Shown: positions 25,667 through 36,563 of the stretch, one piece after another | Position numbering within the stretch: the stretch's first letter is position 1 | Layout of the letters: every line of letters begins with the position of its first letter | From: Candidatus Thorarchaeota archaeon | GTDB lineage: Archaea > Asgardarchaeota > Thorarchaeia > Thorarchaeales > Thorarchaeaceae | Direction of reading: 5' to 3' | DNA length: 64,000 bases | NCBI GenBank assembly: GCA_048882485.1 | Contig: JBHLRP010000002.1 | Span: 150,606 to 214,605, forward strand | The notes under the pieces: generated by a model | The model's input: the letters and a program-made list of their open reading frames with translations, nothing else | Database searches by the model: none | Told to the model about the DNA's origin: nothing | Program-made: the position numbers and the translations under genes

Positions 25667-27361
25667 ATGTCACGAAGGGCCAGGGATGTGCCCAAAGAAA
25701 TAGCATCTTTTGGGCAGAAACAATTTCGAGAGACAGGTGCCTCTGCTGTCGAGGTTCTTCGTGTGAAAGCCTCAACAATGAGGAAGCATTTCTCAAAGCT
25801 GAAAGGGATTACATTCCTTGTTGCAGTCATCAGCAAGGATCGAGTGCGTGTCTACTTTTTCAATTCTGCTGGCATTATGCTCATCGGCGAGAATATTGAA
25901 GTCGAGAAATATGGAAAGGTCCGCAAGACTTCCAAGCTTGTGGCTAAGTTTGAAAAGCCAAGACCTCTCACTAAAGAGGAACTCAGAATAGAAGCCACAG
26001 AAGGACTTAGGCAGGATTTGTCTAGAACTCTGAAACGTGTCGTCAGATTCCTTGGTAGGAAAGAACCTGAATTCCCGGTGATTTTTGTTACAAGAGAAGT
26101 ATCCATCGGCACTAGTCAAGGATTTGGACTTCTAACAGAGGACGACGGCTCCATAATATTTGAGCAGGGTATACTTGAGTCGAAATGGCGTGATGGCCTT
26201 ATAACTCGTGCAAGTGTTCTTCAGCTTCTTGAAACGGACAAACGGAATTTGGATTTCAGCTCGACTATTGGTAATGCAATCGCCTTTGCTTCTCTAGATG
26301 GCCAGAAGAGAATTGATTGGCTGGACATTTGGAAAAAGAGAACCAAGGAAACCCCGTTCACGCCTATTATCAACCACTTATCCAAACATGCAGCCGCCTA
26401 TTCATGGGTTGGGTTTGCAAGGATTTTGGACCTAGTCGAAAGAGTTCCAGAACTGACAGATGACAAATGGATTCTAGCGTTGAATGAAATCCATGAATCT
26501 TTCGAAGTAACGCTCGGAACGGAGGAACAACTCTCGATTCAAGGTTTCTGCGAAAGCTTGTCAAAACCCCGGAAGCTAGCAACTAAACGCCATACTTTGG
26601 AATCAATCCATCTCGCGCCAAGAGCTTTGTGCGATCCCTCCTCGCTAGGCTTGACCTTGTCAGTTGGCGAGGAAAGATCGAAAGATGAGCCGTGGCTGCG
26701 GATAGAATATGCCGATGGAGCGCAAAAGAGGTGCCTTACAATCATCGAGGGAGAAGAGAACCCACTGTCACAAATTGTGTATACTCTGAATATGGAAGAC
26801 ATTTTTCCAAAAGCAGGAGGGGTGCTTGGCAAGGGCAAAGATGCTCTCGCCTGGATTCTAAGGACACTCGGTTTTGAAGAAGAGAGTACGCACACATTTC
26901 AAGCTACGATTGAATTCTCAAGAAAGCAAGTGTCCGCAGCTGAGAATGCAGTTCTTGAACGACTGGCAGGCGGAGGTCTAAAGGTTCTGTCGGATTCTCT
27001 TATTGGATCTCCGCAGAGAATGGATGGACTGGTGAAGAAGGGGGTTATTGCTCTTCTGCCTGATTTCAATCATGTCGGCTTTGGTCCAAATCTATTGCTT
27101 CAGGGAGAATATGACCAACTTCTTGACGCTGTTTCACCTAGCATTGAATCTACTATCTTTCGAGCCGCCACAGGCAGCTTTGCACTTGCTAGTGCTCCGT
27201 CATCATGGAGGCGTCTAGTAATCGCTAGTGCCTTTGAAAATGAGATCGCTGTCCAGCCAGTCATCCAGGCAAGGTCATCAAGAAGATTGATCCGGTCTGA
27301 GGACGCGTTTCCTAGGAGTTCTGAGATGCTATTTTGGAGTGAGGGGATGCCTAGGAAATAA
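25667..27361 (+). CDS. hypothetical protein (564 aa), possible degenerate Lrp-like wHTH near the C-terminus
   Basis: Long ORF; RMDGLVKKGVIALLPDFNHVG segment. Confidence 0.7.
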   Translation: MSRRARDVPKEIASFGQKQFRETGASAVEVLRVKASTMRKHFSKLKGITFLVAVISKDRVRVYFFNSAGIMLIGENIEVEKYGKVRKTSKLVAKFEKPRPLTKEELRIEATEGLRQDLSRTLKRVVRFLGRKEPEFPVIFVTREVSIGTSQGFGLLTEDDGSIIFEQGILESKWRDGLITRASVLQLLETDKRNLDFSSTIGNAIAFASLDGQKRIDWLDIWKKRTKETPFTPIINHLSKHAAAYSWVGFARILDLVERVPELTDDKWILALNEIHESFEVTLGTEEQLSIQGFCESLSKPRKLATKRHTLESIHLAPRALCDPSSLGLTLSVGEERSKDEPWLRIEYADGAQKRCLTIIEGEENPLSQIVYTLNMEDIFPKAGGVLGKGKDALAWILRTLGFEEESTHTFQATIEFSRKQVSAAENAVLERLAGGGLKVLSDSLIGSPQRMDGLVKKGVIALLPDFNHVGFGPNLLLQGEYDQLLDAVSPSIESTIFRAATGSFALASAPSSWRRLVIASAFENEIAVQPVIQARSSRRLIRSEDAFPRSSEMLFWSEGMPRK

Positions 27362-29015
27362 CCTCTACAACCGTTCCAATCGCTCTTGTGTTTGCTTCTC
27401 GCAGCACAATCTTGTCACCCAGCTCTATCGGTTCTGGGAATGACATGAATTCCAATCTCACTCGGGCGAAGTCACCCACACTAAGATACTCTGCATCATA
27501 GATACGTTTCAGAATAACAGTATGCTGAATCGTATGGCATTGAAGCACTGGTGAATACCCCACTGAGATTCTGGTTGGGTGTCTTGTGACAACAATGTTA
27601 GCCTCAAAGGTTCGGCAACTCTCAATGGTGTCATCAGGGTCAGCCACAACTTGACCTCTTCTCACGTCATGTTTGTCCACATCTTTGATATCAAATCCGA
27701 AAAGGTCTCCAGCACGGACAGAGCCAATTCTCTTCTTGAACATCTCAATACTGAATAGCCTTCCGTCCTGCATGTCCCCATTCTCATCTGGTCCTATAAT
27801 CACACTCTGTCCCTTCTTGAACACACCCGTCTTCACAGTGCCAGTAATCACGGCATTTGTGCCTCTAATTCCGCGATACACCTTGTCTACATATGCTCGA
27901 GCTGGTTTAGTCAGGTCTACAGTCTTTGAGTTTGAAGGCAACCTCCGTAATAGCTCTGTAAGAAGGGTGAGGGATTCTTCTTTCGTAGAAGCAATCTCAA
28001 TCATAGGTACAACAACCCTGTGCTCTATCTCGCTCACCAGGGTGTCTATCTCATCTTCATTCTTCAGACTGACAGGTATCTTGCCAATCTCTCTTAGAGT
28101 ATTTCGGACAACTTCATTGACGAGTGCCAAGTCTTTAGAATTCGTCTTATCCACTTTTGATAGGATGACGATGAATGGCGCTTCTTGATTTGACATCAAT
28201 ATAAGATGCTCTCGTGTGATATCATCTAGCCTCCTGAGACCAGTCTTTTTTTCTTCACTACGAATCAAATTAGCTTCTTCCGGGCCGGGAACCAGCACCA
28301 ATCCATACTGAGCATCTGCTCCTAGGATGCTCCTTATCATGGTCTTGCTATACTCCTGATGTCCAGGCGCATCAAAAAAAGTGAGAATTCTTGCTGATGC
28401 ATCCAGTACCCTAGCGGCCTCCTCCTTGTTTCTTGGATTATCCAGATGTATAGTCTTCCCATCACCAGTGAAACCCATAAATGCAAGATGAATGTCTGCG
28501 GTCTGCCCGCGCGTTATTTCCTGCGGATGAATAAGCAGAAATGAGCGTGATTTACCTGAGCCATTATCCGGAGCTCCAGTGACCAGAGAGCCAATGAGTG
28601 TCGATTTGCCCGAGTTCACTCGACCGGCCACATTGAAGGAGCAGGTTTCCTTCACTTCAAGCGCTGCTATTCTTTTGAGAAGATATTTGCCCACCAATCC
28701 TTGCTCTGTTTCAATTCTCTCTTCTTCGATTATCTCGACCTCGGCTTCCCTGCACAATTCAATGAGCACTGTTTCAGCGGTCCTAATTTTATCCTCAGAT
28801 AATCCGTATACCTCCCACGTCTTTCCAGCTAAGTCTTCAATACCAATGAGAAAGATGCCCTCAAAGGGGTTCTCACATGTCATGTATCTTATTCGAGTAA
28901 CCAGTTTCTGACGCCGGTCCGATTTGAGGTCTGCCTTCGTGAGACTCCGCTTGAATTCCATATTGCGGGCTTCTCCTTTGCGAAGTATCTCTGCGATTTC
29001 CTCAACCGATGTCAT
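27351..29015 (-). CDS. GTPBP1-like translational GTPase (AlbA/Schlafen-like N-domain, EF-Tu domains II/III)
   Basis: NMEFK...IGIED; G1 GRVNSGKST; HPQEITRGQT; DAPGH; SKVD; HPTRISVGYSPV. Confidence 0.88.
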   Translation of the reverse strand: MTSVEEIAEILRKGEARNMEFKRSLTKADLKSDRRQKLVTRIRYMTCENPFEGIFLIGIEDLAGKTWEVYGLSEDKIRTAETVLIELCREAEVEIIEEERIETEQGLVGKYLLKRIAALEVKETCSFNVAGRVNSGKSTLIGSLVTGAPDNGSGKSRSFLLIHPQEITRGQTADIHLAFMGFTGDGKTIHLDNPRNKEEAARVLDASARILTFFDAPGHQEYSKTMIRSILGADAQYGLVLVPGPEEANLIRSEEKKTGLRRLDDITREHLILMSNQEAPFIVILSKVDKTNSKDLALVNEVVRNTLREIGKIPVSLKNEDEIDTLVSEIEHRVVVPMIEIASTKEESLTLLTELLRRLPSNSKTVDLTKPARAYVDKVYRGIRGTNAVITGTVKTGVFKKGQSVIIGPDENGDMQDGRLFSIEMFKKRIGSVRAGDLFGFDIKDVDKHDVRRGQVVADPDDTIESCRTFEANIVVTRHPTRISVGYSPVLQCHTIQHTVILKRIYDAEYLSVGDFARVRLEFMSFPEPIELGDKIVLREANTRAIGTVVEVIS

Positions 29016-29231
29016 TTAGGATACATCCGAGTATCTGCTTTGTAACTGGATGCTGTTATAAGCGCTAGCACGAGGGTAGTCGTTGGACTCCGCCACGGCT
29101 CAGCACGCGGTCACATCCACCGGCGTTTCAGTCAACGTATTGGATCTTGGGACAAATCTATGGCTGATATCGTAAGCTTATTAGATAAATCAGATGTGGC
29201 TAGGAAAGGAAGTCTGCAGGGTTGGATTACA

Positions 29232-30620
29232 TTGTTTGACAAACTAGAGAGTGCAGTAGAACAGGGAATAGGCCTGGGAGCTAGCTATGTTGAACTCCGA
29301 GGCGAATCTGGATTCATAGAGTACATCCAGATGGACGATAGTCGGGTGAGTGCACTGACTCAACGGATCGAGCAGGGAGTTGCCATTAGAGTTCTTGCAG
29401 ACGGTGCCTGGGGCTTTGTTACCACTGGCGATTTGGATTCGTTGGATAAAGCAGTGAAGGATGCGTGTTCTATGGCAAAAGCTGCGGCTGTGACTCGGCG
29501 AGAACCAATTGAACTAGCGGAAACAAAATCATACAAGGATACGGTTGAACTCAAAGTAAAGCGTGATCCACGTCATGTACCTGTTGAAGAGAAAATCAAA
29601 TACATGCAGGATATGACAAATGCGATACTTGATTACGACACTAGAATGACTGCGGTGACTGTTTCGGTTCGAACAGCATCTGGAAAAAAGTATCTTCTAA
29701 CTTCCGATGGAACGAAGATTCAATCACCGACGATGTTAGTATGGACTTTACCTTGGGTCAGTGGGAAAGAAGGCACACGTTTGAGTGCGGCACGCAATGA
29801 GGTTGCTACCACGCATGAAGGATGGGAGTTCATGGATCGAGTGGCAACACCTGAAGACGTTGGTCTGGCAGCAGCAAAGAGGGTCAAACTCCAATTGGAA
29901 GGGAAACCATCGAAAGGTGGAAGCTTCCCGTGCGTTCTTGGTCCAAGTGTCATCGGTGTCTTAGCACATGAGGCTTTAGGGCATCTTGCTGAAGCTGACT
30001 TGACAGTGCATAGCTCTTTCAATGGAAAGCTTGGTGAGGTCGTAGCTGCAGAGAGTGTGAATATGACTGACAACGGAGCAGACCCATTGAATATTGGCAC
30101 AGCCAAGTATGATGATGAAGGTACTCCGACAAGTCGAGTGGAGATCATTAAGGATTCAGTCCTCACCGAGCTGATGACAAATAGAGAGTATGCAGCTAAG
30201 ACTGGTCTCCGGCCAACTGGAAACGCTAGGGCTGCAACGTACAGGCACGCTCCAATAATTAGAATGAGGAACACGTTCTTCGAAAAGGGCGATTATAGTC
30301 CTGATGAGATTTTCGAAGGTATCAAGTTTGGATACTACTGCATCGACTTCAGAGCTGGTCAGGCTGAAATGAACGCTAGTTTTCAGGTTGGAATACAGGA
30401 GGCTTATGAAATCGTGGATGGTGAGTTAGGCGATCCAGTCACTGATCTATCAATCTCTGGTATTGCCACCGAATCCCTATTCAAAATCGAAGGAGTTGCT
30501 AACGAAGATTTCACATTCAAGGCTGGTCGATGTGGCAAGGGACAAGAGGCCATAGCTTCGTCAGGTGGACCTAGGATACGATTCTCTAAAGGTGGCGTTA
30601 CATTCGGAGGTAAAAGCTAG
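29232..30620 (+). CDS. tldD: TldD metalloprotease subunit
   Basis: GVAIRV..GAWGF, HEALGH, DDEG, GNARA, RMRNT, CGKGQ; start uncertain (29160 or TTG 29232). Confidence 0.9.
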   Translation: MFDKLESAVEQGIGLGASYVELRGESGFIEYIQMDDSRVSALTQRIEQGVAIRVLADGAWGFVTTGDLDSLDKAVKDACSMAKAAAVTRREPIELAETKSYKDTVELKVKRDPRHVPVEEKIKYMQDMTNAILDYDTRMTAVTVSVRTASGKKYLLTSDGTKIQSPTMLVWTLPWVSGKEGTRLSAARNEVATTHEGWEFMDRVATPEDVGLAAAKRVKLQLEGKPSKGGSFPCVLGPSVIGVLAHEALGHLAEADLTVHSSFNGKLGEVVAAESVNMTDNGADPLNIGTAKYDDEGTPTSRVEIIKDSVLTELMTNREYAAKTGLRPTGNARAATYRHAPIIRMRNTFFEKGDYSPDEIFEGIKFGYYCIDFRAGQAEMNASFQVGIQEAYEIVDGELGDPVTDLSISGIATESLFKIEGVANEDFTFKAGRCGKGQEAIASSGGPRIRFSKGGVTFGGKS

Positions 30621-30629
30621 GAGGTGCTC

Positions 30630-31994
30630 ATGATGATAGAGGAGAAGACACTGCTTGATCTCTGCAGATTTGCTGTTGACACGGGGAAGAACAATGGCGC
30701 TGATGACATTGAGGTACAGGCGACAGCACAATCAGAAGTAGAATCCGATATTCGCATGGGTCAGGTTAGCCAGGTGAACAAGAACGACTTGACAGAAATT
30801 GCAATTAGGCTCTATATTGGGAAGAGAATGGGGTCAGCTTTCACCAATATGCCAACAAAGGAAGCTGTTGCAGAAGCAATCAACTTGGCTATTTCTGAGG
30901 CGAAGGCCACTACTCCTGACGATGATTGGTCTGGATTACCGAGTCCATCAGACGATTATCCGGCTATTGAAGGTGTGTGGCAGGATTCAGTCTTGAAATC
31001 GGAATCTGGAGAGATAGTTGAAATTGCAGGAAAGGCACTTGCCATGGCATCTGAGGCTGAGCCGGGAATGATGCTGGTTTTTGGTGGTTCAGGAGCTATT
31101 GCGTTTACTTCAGCCTATTCAAATAGTAACGATATCAATCATTCAGAAAGGGGCACGGCAGCTTACGTGGCTTTAGCTGGAGTTGCTCAGTCTGAATCAG
31201 GTATGACTCCAACGGTTTCTTCCGTTGACATACGTCGTAGCATGGATATAGATATAGACAGTCCTATCAATGATGTAGCCTCATTTATACGCCTTTGCAA
31301 GAATCTTGCAGAAGGGAAGTCTGGGAAGCATATTGTGATTTTCCATCCCAGCGCTTACGCACAGGTTATGCAATATACATTGATTCAGTCAGTTCGTGGT
31401 GACAATGTTGCGCGAGGCAAATCCAAAATTGGAAACAAGATTGGTGAGAAGATCGCATCCGAAAAGCTGACCATAATAGATGATGGTATTCATCCGCGAG
31501 GTCTTGCTAGTTCCTCAGCCGATGATGAGGGCGTGCCAAGACAAAAGACAAAGATTATCGAGAATGGTGTTCTGCGTTCATTCCTATGGGATACGTATTG
31601 GGCAAACAAGATGGGAGTGAAAAGCACAGGCAATGCCCGGCGAAACATGAGGCGAGGTCTTGTTGATATATCTCCAAGCAACTTGGTAGTTGAGCCAGGT
31701 ACACGTAATATTGAGGACATTATCAAGGAAATTGACTATGGCTACTACATCCGAGGAGTCCAAGGAGCACACAGCTCAAATCCAGAGTCCGGGGACTTCA
31801 GCATTGTCGGTAATCCTGCAATTCTTATTGAAAAAGGAGAGCTAATAGGTGCTGTAAATGGATTGATGGTGTCAGGCAACATCTTTGATATGCTGAACCA
31901 AGTGGCTGAAATTGCTAGAACTCCTCATTTCTTACAAAGCGTCATTGGGCCTGAAATTGCCTTCAAAGACGTTTCAATCATCACAAAGGAGTGA
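30630..31994 (+). CDS. pmbA: PmbA/TldE subunit
   Basis: DDEGVP, IIENGVL, STGNA, SGDFS; no HExxH; follows tldD. Confidence 0.88.
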   Translation: MMIEEKTLLDLCRFAVDTGKNNGADDIEVQATAQSEVESDIRMGQVSQVNKNDLTEIAIRLYIGKRMGSAFTNMPTKEAVAEAINLAISEAKATTPDDDWSGLPSPSDDYPAIEGVWQDSVLKSESGEIVEIAGKALAMASEAEPGMMLVFGGSGAIAFTSAYSNSNDINHSERGTAAYVALAGVAQSESGMTPTVSSVDIRRSMDIDIDSPINDVASFIRLCKNLAEGKSGKHIVIFHPSAYAQVMQYTLIQSVRGDNVARGKSKIGNKIGEKIASEKLTIIDDGIHPRGLASSSADDEGVPRQKTKIIENGVLRSFLWDTYWANKMGVKSTGNARRNMRRGLVDISPSNLVVEPGTRNIEDIIKEIDYGYYIRGVQGAHSSNPESGDFSIVGNPAILIEKGELIGAVNGLMVSGNIFDMLNQVAEIARTPHFLQSVIGPEIAFKDVSIITKE

Positions 31995-32103
31995 AGCCTA
32001 TCTGTAATTCAGATTATATCAGGTGGTATGAAGAGTTCATTAGGCAAAAGCATATCAGAAGCATTTTCTGAACGACAAAAGAGTCCAGCTAGAGGGTACA
32101 CAA

Positions 32104-35100
32104 ATGCTCAGACGCTATCTAATACTTGGATTGTTCATTATTACTCTAGTAGTCCCAGTGGCCGCCAGAGATGGAGCTGTTCCCAATTTCATGGTGGATT
32201 CAGCTGGCCCCTCTATTGGAACACAACTCAAGATGGAACTATCAGGAATCAATGCTGTCCAAGAAAGCCGACGCACGATTCTTCAATTCCAGCATCAATT
32301 GTCTAATCGAGAAATTGAGTTCGCTGAATCAATGGGAGTCGAGTTCGAAAGAAGAAGTGGCTCTATTGTTAATGTTGGGTTGGTTTACTCTGCACGAGCT
32401 AGCAGTATCGAGTCTCTTCAAACACTTGCTGAAATTGGGCTCGTTCGTGCCTCTTCTGGAGAGAAACAGTATGTTCCTTCTTTGATATCATCTGTTCCTG
32501 CCACAAAGGCACCTGATGTTTGGACTCATCTAAAGGAGAATGGTAATAGTATCAATGGGTCTGGCGTAACTGTTGCTGTAATTGATACTGGTGTCAATAT
32601 GAATCATCCCAGCTTCTGGCGACTTTCGGGAGGTCCCTATCAAGTCCTTGATGGAGGCGCCGAATATTTCGTTGACATAAATGGCAATGCAATTCCAGAT
32701 TCCAATGAAGGTCCAATCAGTCATATAGACCTCCAGAGTCCCTCCACCATAGAATGGGCGAATGAGTACATGTTTATTGATATTGATGGGAATAATGTCT
32801 TCGAGTACGATGAAGGTGACCGCTGGCTTGGTGGAATAGATGTCAATACCAACGGACGTATTGACTTACCATCCGAGGAGGTTGTCACATTTGGCGAGTC
32901 AAAAATCGTCCTTCTATATGACCAGGAAAATGGTCTTGTCTATGAAAGAGGCACCAATCTCACCACACTGGGCATTTTTGTGACTGACTCTAATGGGCAT
33001 GGAACACATGTGTCATCAACGATTGTTGGTGGCCAGCCTGGATATACGAGCTATGTTGGAGTGGCTCCAGGTGCAGACCTGATTGCAATTGAGAGTCCAC
33101 TGAAATCAAGTGACATACTAGATGCGATTCACTTCGCAGTGGAGAATGGTGCAGATATCATCAACATGTCCTTCTCAAGCTACCTTGGATTTCTAGATGG
33201 AACAGATATCGAGGACCTGGCAGTTACTGAGGCGTTCCTAAACTATGGTGTTGTAGGTACGACTGCAGCAGGAAACCTTGGAAACGCTGTGACATCTCCA
33301 AAGCATGCACACTTCACAGTTCCAGTTGGAGGCAATGCAAGTGCAGGTCTAACGGTTGGCACGCCTCCTGATGCCTCGTTTATCAGCTTCCTATGGAGAA
33401 GCACCGACCGAGATGAGCATGTCTTCCTGAAGACTCCAAGTGGTGCGACGATAGATACTGGTCAATTCTTGGAAATTGATGGGAGTTCCTCTGTGATTGA
33501 AGAACCAGAACTTTATGCATATGCGTTCGCAGAAACTAGTCTTCGTGGCATGCACAATCTTCTAATTCAAGTGTCTGAGGATGATCATAACTGGACCTCC
33601 GGATCATGGTCGGTTGGGCTTACAAATCCGACAGGAGATACGATTAATGTCGACGCCTATGCATGGGACAATATGTGGGTTGGATCGAATCTGCGATTCA
33701 CAACTCAAATCGAAAACACTAGAACAATCAGTTCCCCGGGTACCGCGGACCTCGCGGTAACTGTAGGTTGCTATGATGATGGAACGAGTGGATTATACTC
33801 GTCAACAAGCAGAGGTCCACGGATTGATGGGGCAAAAACAATCACTGTCGCAGGACCAGGAGCAAATATCTACGCCGCATCTGAATCTATTTCCAATCTC
33901 TGGACGACGCGGAGTGGCACAAGCATGGCAAGTCCTCATGTTGCTGGAGTTCTCGCACTAATTAGGCAGGCCTCTCCCGAACAAAGTGCTTGGTCTGACC
34001 TTACTGCTCTTACAGCCGGTGCAGGCGCCCAGGAATCCCACTACAATCCAGCAGATGATGCATGGGGATATGGAGCTGTGGACTCTGTTTGGTCCGTCAG
34101 ACATGTGCTCAGTTCGCCTATCACCTATGGTATGAGTGTTACAGAATGGACCGGCTATGAAGATATCCTGACCTCCAATACCGACCTCTCTCTTGGCGGA
34201 GACCTTGACATTCTGAGTATAAAGGCACATCAGAGTACTGACCGCTTGGTCATAGCGGCTACAATGAGATCTGCTGCTAACTTCAACGGTGACAATGTCC
34301 TAACCCTGCATTGGGATACAGATTCAGAGATTACTACGGGTCTCCAGGGCGCAGACATCCAAGTGAATCTAACAGGCGGAATTGCCACGGCATACGAATG
34401 GAATGGTTCTTCCTATTCACCTACAGCTCTTTCTGTAGACCGCTGGACTGACTCGCAGACGGCCTTCATCAACATCGAGAAAAGCAATGCTGATGTTCGT
34501 GGTCGAATCTTTGTTTCAACTAGCAATCTTACGATATCACCTGCGGATCAGACTGGTTTCGCAGTACTGACGAATCAATGGAGGCCATTGGTGTCATCCC
34601 TCGAAGTTGAATCGGCGGATGATATGTTCGATGTTGTAATCAAGATGTCAGATCGAGATGATCCGGCCCAGTCTTTCACAATCCAATGGAGCGTCTTGGA
34701 TGAGAACTATGCAGTTGTCAGCACGGATCTAGAAATTGGACAAGAGAATGCCACGGTTGAGGTCCAGGTGGATTTGCAGAGTTACGATCATCCATACTCC
34801 ATTTTCTTCAATGTGAGTGATTCGCATTATACAGCTAATCTGCCACCTGTAATTCTGGCTGCGGAGATTACCACTCTTCGAATCTCTAGTGCATCACTTG
34901 ACCAAGAGGAAGTCCATATTGGCCCATTTCTAATTGCCCGTATAACGGGGGAGATCGTTGTAGAAGGCTACATCCTAGCCGATAGAGTCTGGATAAGCTT
35001 CCAGCGCTATGGGAGTGTAGTTCTCAATTTCACATTGAATGGAGCGGGAGGAATTTATCCCATTGACATAGTGCCTTCATCATTTGCCGGAGGAGAATAC

Positions 35101-35277
35101 GATGTTTATGCTTCCGCTTCGAGTATCACAGGGCAATCAGTAGAGTTACATATCGGCACACTACTCATTATAGAAGACAATTCGATGATTGTTCTACTTG
35201 CCGGAGTAGCTATTGGAGTTATTGTCATTCTATACTACATCCCCCGGGCAATCTCTCGAAGAAGAGGTGATGCATGA
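32104..35277 (+). CDS. membrane-anchored S8 subtilase (1057 aa)
   Basis: VIDTG / HGTHVSS / GTSMASPHVAG; signal peptide; C-terminal TM plus RRR. Confidence 0.9.
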   Translation: MLRRYLILGLFIITLVVPVAARDGAVPNFMVDSAGPSIGTQLKMELSGINAVQESRRTILQFQHQLSNREIEFAESMGVEFERRSGSIVNVGLVYSARASSIESLQTLAEIGLVRASSGEKQYVPSLISSVPATKAPDVWTHLKENGNSINGSGVTVAVIDTGVNMNHPSFWRLSGGPYQVLDGGAEYFVDINGNAIPDSNEGPISHIDLQSPSTIEWANEYMFIDIDGNNVFEYDEGDRWLGGIDVNTNGRIDLPSEEVVTFGESKIVLLYDQENGLVYERGTNLTTLGIFVTDSNGHGTHVSSTIVGGQPGYTSYVGVAPGADLIAIESPLKSSDILDAIHFAVENGADIINMSFSSYLGFLDGTDIEDLAVTEAFLNYGVVGTTAAGNLGNAVTSPKHAHFTVPVGGNASAGLTVGTPPDASFISFLWRSTDRDEHVFLKTPSGATIDTGQFLEIDGSSSVIEEPELYAYAFAETSLRGMHNLLIQVSEDDHNWTSGSWSVGLTNPTGDTINVDAYAWDNMWVGSNLRFTTQIENTRTISSPGTADLAVTVGCYDDGTSGLYSSTSRGPRIDGAKTITVAGPGANIYAASESISNLWTTRSGTSMASPHVAGVLALIRQASPEQSAWSDLTALTAGAGAQESHYNPADDAWGYGAVDSVWSVRHVLSSPITYGMSVTEWTGYEDILTSNTDLSLGGDLDILSIKAHQSTDRLVIAATMRSAANFNGDNVLTLHWDTDSEITTGLQGADIQVNLTGGIATAYEWNGSSYSPTALSVDRWTDSQTAFINIEKSNADVRGRIFVSTSNLTISPADQTGFAVLTNQWRPLVSSLEVESADDMFDVVIKMSDRDDPAQSFTIQWSVLDENYAVVSTDLEIGQENATVEVQVDLQSYDHPYSIFFNVSDSHYTANLPPVILAAEITTLRISSASLDQEEVHIGPFLIARITGEIVVEGYILADRVWISFQRYGSVVLNFTLNGAGGIYPIDIVPSSFAGGEYDVYASASSITGQSVELHIGTLLIIEDNSMIVLLAGVAIGVIVILYYIPRAISRRRGDA

Positions 35278-36563
35278 AAATGAAAATCGCAATCATTGGA
35301 TATGGTCCTGGAGGTGTCGCGGCAGCTACAGCAGCCAAGACTTTTGATCCAAGTTCAGAGATTGTAATCATAACAGATGAAACACTTCCAGCTCATAGGA
35401 AACCCGGCGCCACGATGGCTCTTGAGCATCCTGAAACCCGTGAGCTTGAGATTCGTGATTGGTCCTATGATTCTCTCAAGAAGAGAGGGATTGAGGTCAA
35501 GACTGGCGTGAAGGTAGTCGGCGGTGACTTGGATGAGAGGAGCTTGGACCTCGTTTCAAGTGATGGGAAGTCCTCATCCATTCAATACGACCGCTTGATC
35601 ATCGCAACAGGCGGAGTTCCTTCTGTACCTGAGTTGCCTGGTAAAGATCTCCCGGGAGCCTACACAATCCAGTCGATGGCCGAAACATCCGTAATAGGCA
35701 AGGAGCTGAACAAAGCAGATACTGTCGCTATTGTAGGCGCTGGATTCAGTGGGCTTGAAACCGCAGAACGCCTTTACAAAATGGGAAAGGAAGTTCATCT
35801 CATTATCCGATCCCGACTAATGAGAAAGCAGTTGGAAGAGGAAATGAGTGAAGAGCTCTTGTCGCGTATTCCTCGTGGAATTAAACTACATCTTGGTTCC
35901 GCTCCTACATCAATTATTGGTACAGAGCGTGTAACTGGAATTGAAGTTGGTGGGAACACAATAGACACCAGCATTGTCCTATTCATGACTGGTGTTCGAC
36001 CGAATTCTTCCTTAGCGGAGAAGCTTGGTCTCAAGATTGGTGCACTAGGCGGTATTGCTATCAACAATCTAACTGAAACGAGCAAAGATGGAGTCTTCGC
36101 AGTTGGCGACTGTGTTGAGATGACTGATTCTCTGAGCGGCACTCCTCGACTAATGCCAATTGGTAGCACAGCTGCAAGGGCAGGAAGGCAAGCGGGTGTC
36201 GCAGCAGTGGGTAGAGACAAGGTATACAATGACACATCAATAATGCTTCAATATGATCGAATCTTCGACACCGATATTGTTTGTGTCGGTCATTCCACAA
36301 CCAGTGCAAAGGATGCAGGTCTTGAAACTGAAGTCCAGTATCTAGAGGACTCTAATGAAGCGATGAAGGTCGCATTGGTGACTAGCAAGGAAGGTCGCCT
36401 AATTGGCGGGCAGGTCCTCTCGGCAAGAATGGGCGCTCGAGTAGGTTATGAGATACTCAACCGAGTGGAAGCTGGCTCTACCCTTAGCGAACGACCGCTG
36501 CTTCAAGCCAGACATGACCAGATTCTATCTCTTTTGGAACGAACATTTGGACCTATGAAATAG
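35274..36563 (+). CDS. FAD-dependent pyridine nucleotide-disulfide oxidoreductase (NADH oxidase/CoADR-like)
   Basis: GYGPGG, LIIATG, GAGFSGLE, TGVRPN, FAVGDC; ATGA overlap with the subtilase gene. Confidence 0.88.
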   Translation: MKMKIAIIGYGPGGVAAATAAKTFDPSSEIVIITDETLPAHRKPGATMALEHPETRELEIRDWSYDSLKKRGIEVKTGVKVVGGDLDERSLDLVSSDGKSSSIQYDRLIIATGGVPSVPELPGKDLPGAYTIQSMAETSVIGKELNKADTVAIVGAGFSGLETAERLYKMGKEVHLIIRSRLMRKQLEEEMSEELLSRIPRGIKLHLGSAPTSIIGTERVTGIEVGGNTIDTSIVLFMTGVRPNSSLAEKLGLKIGALGGIAINNLTETSKDGVFAVGDCVEMTDSLSGTPRLMPIGSTAARAGRQAGVAAVGRDKVYNDTSIMLQYDRIFDTDIVCVGHSTTSAKDAGLETEVQYLEDSNEAMKVALVTSKEGRLIGGQVLSARMGARVGYEILNRVEAGSTLSERPLLQARHDQILSLLERTFGPMK

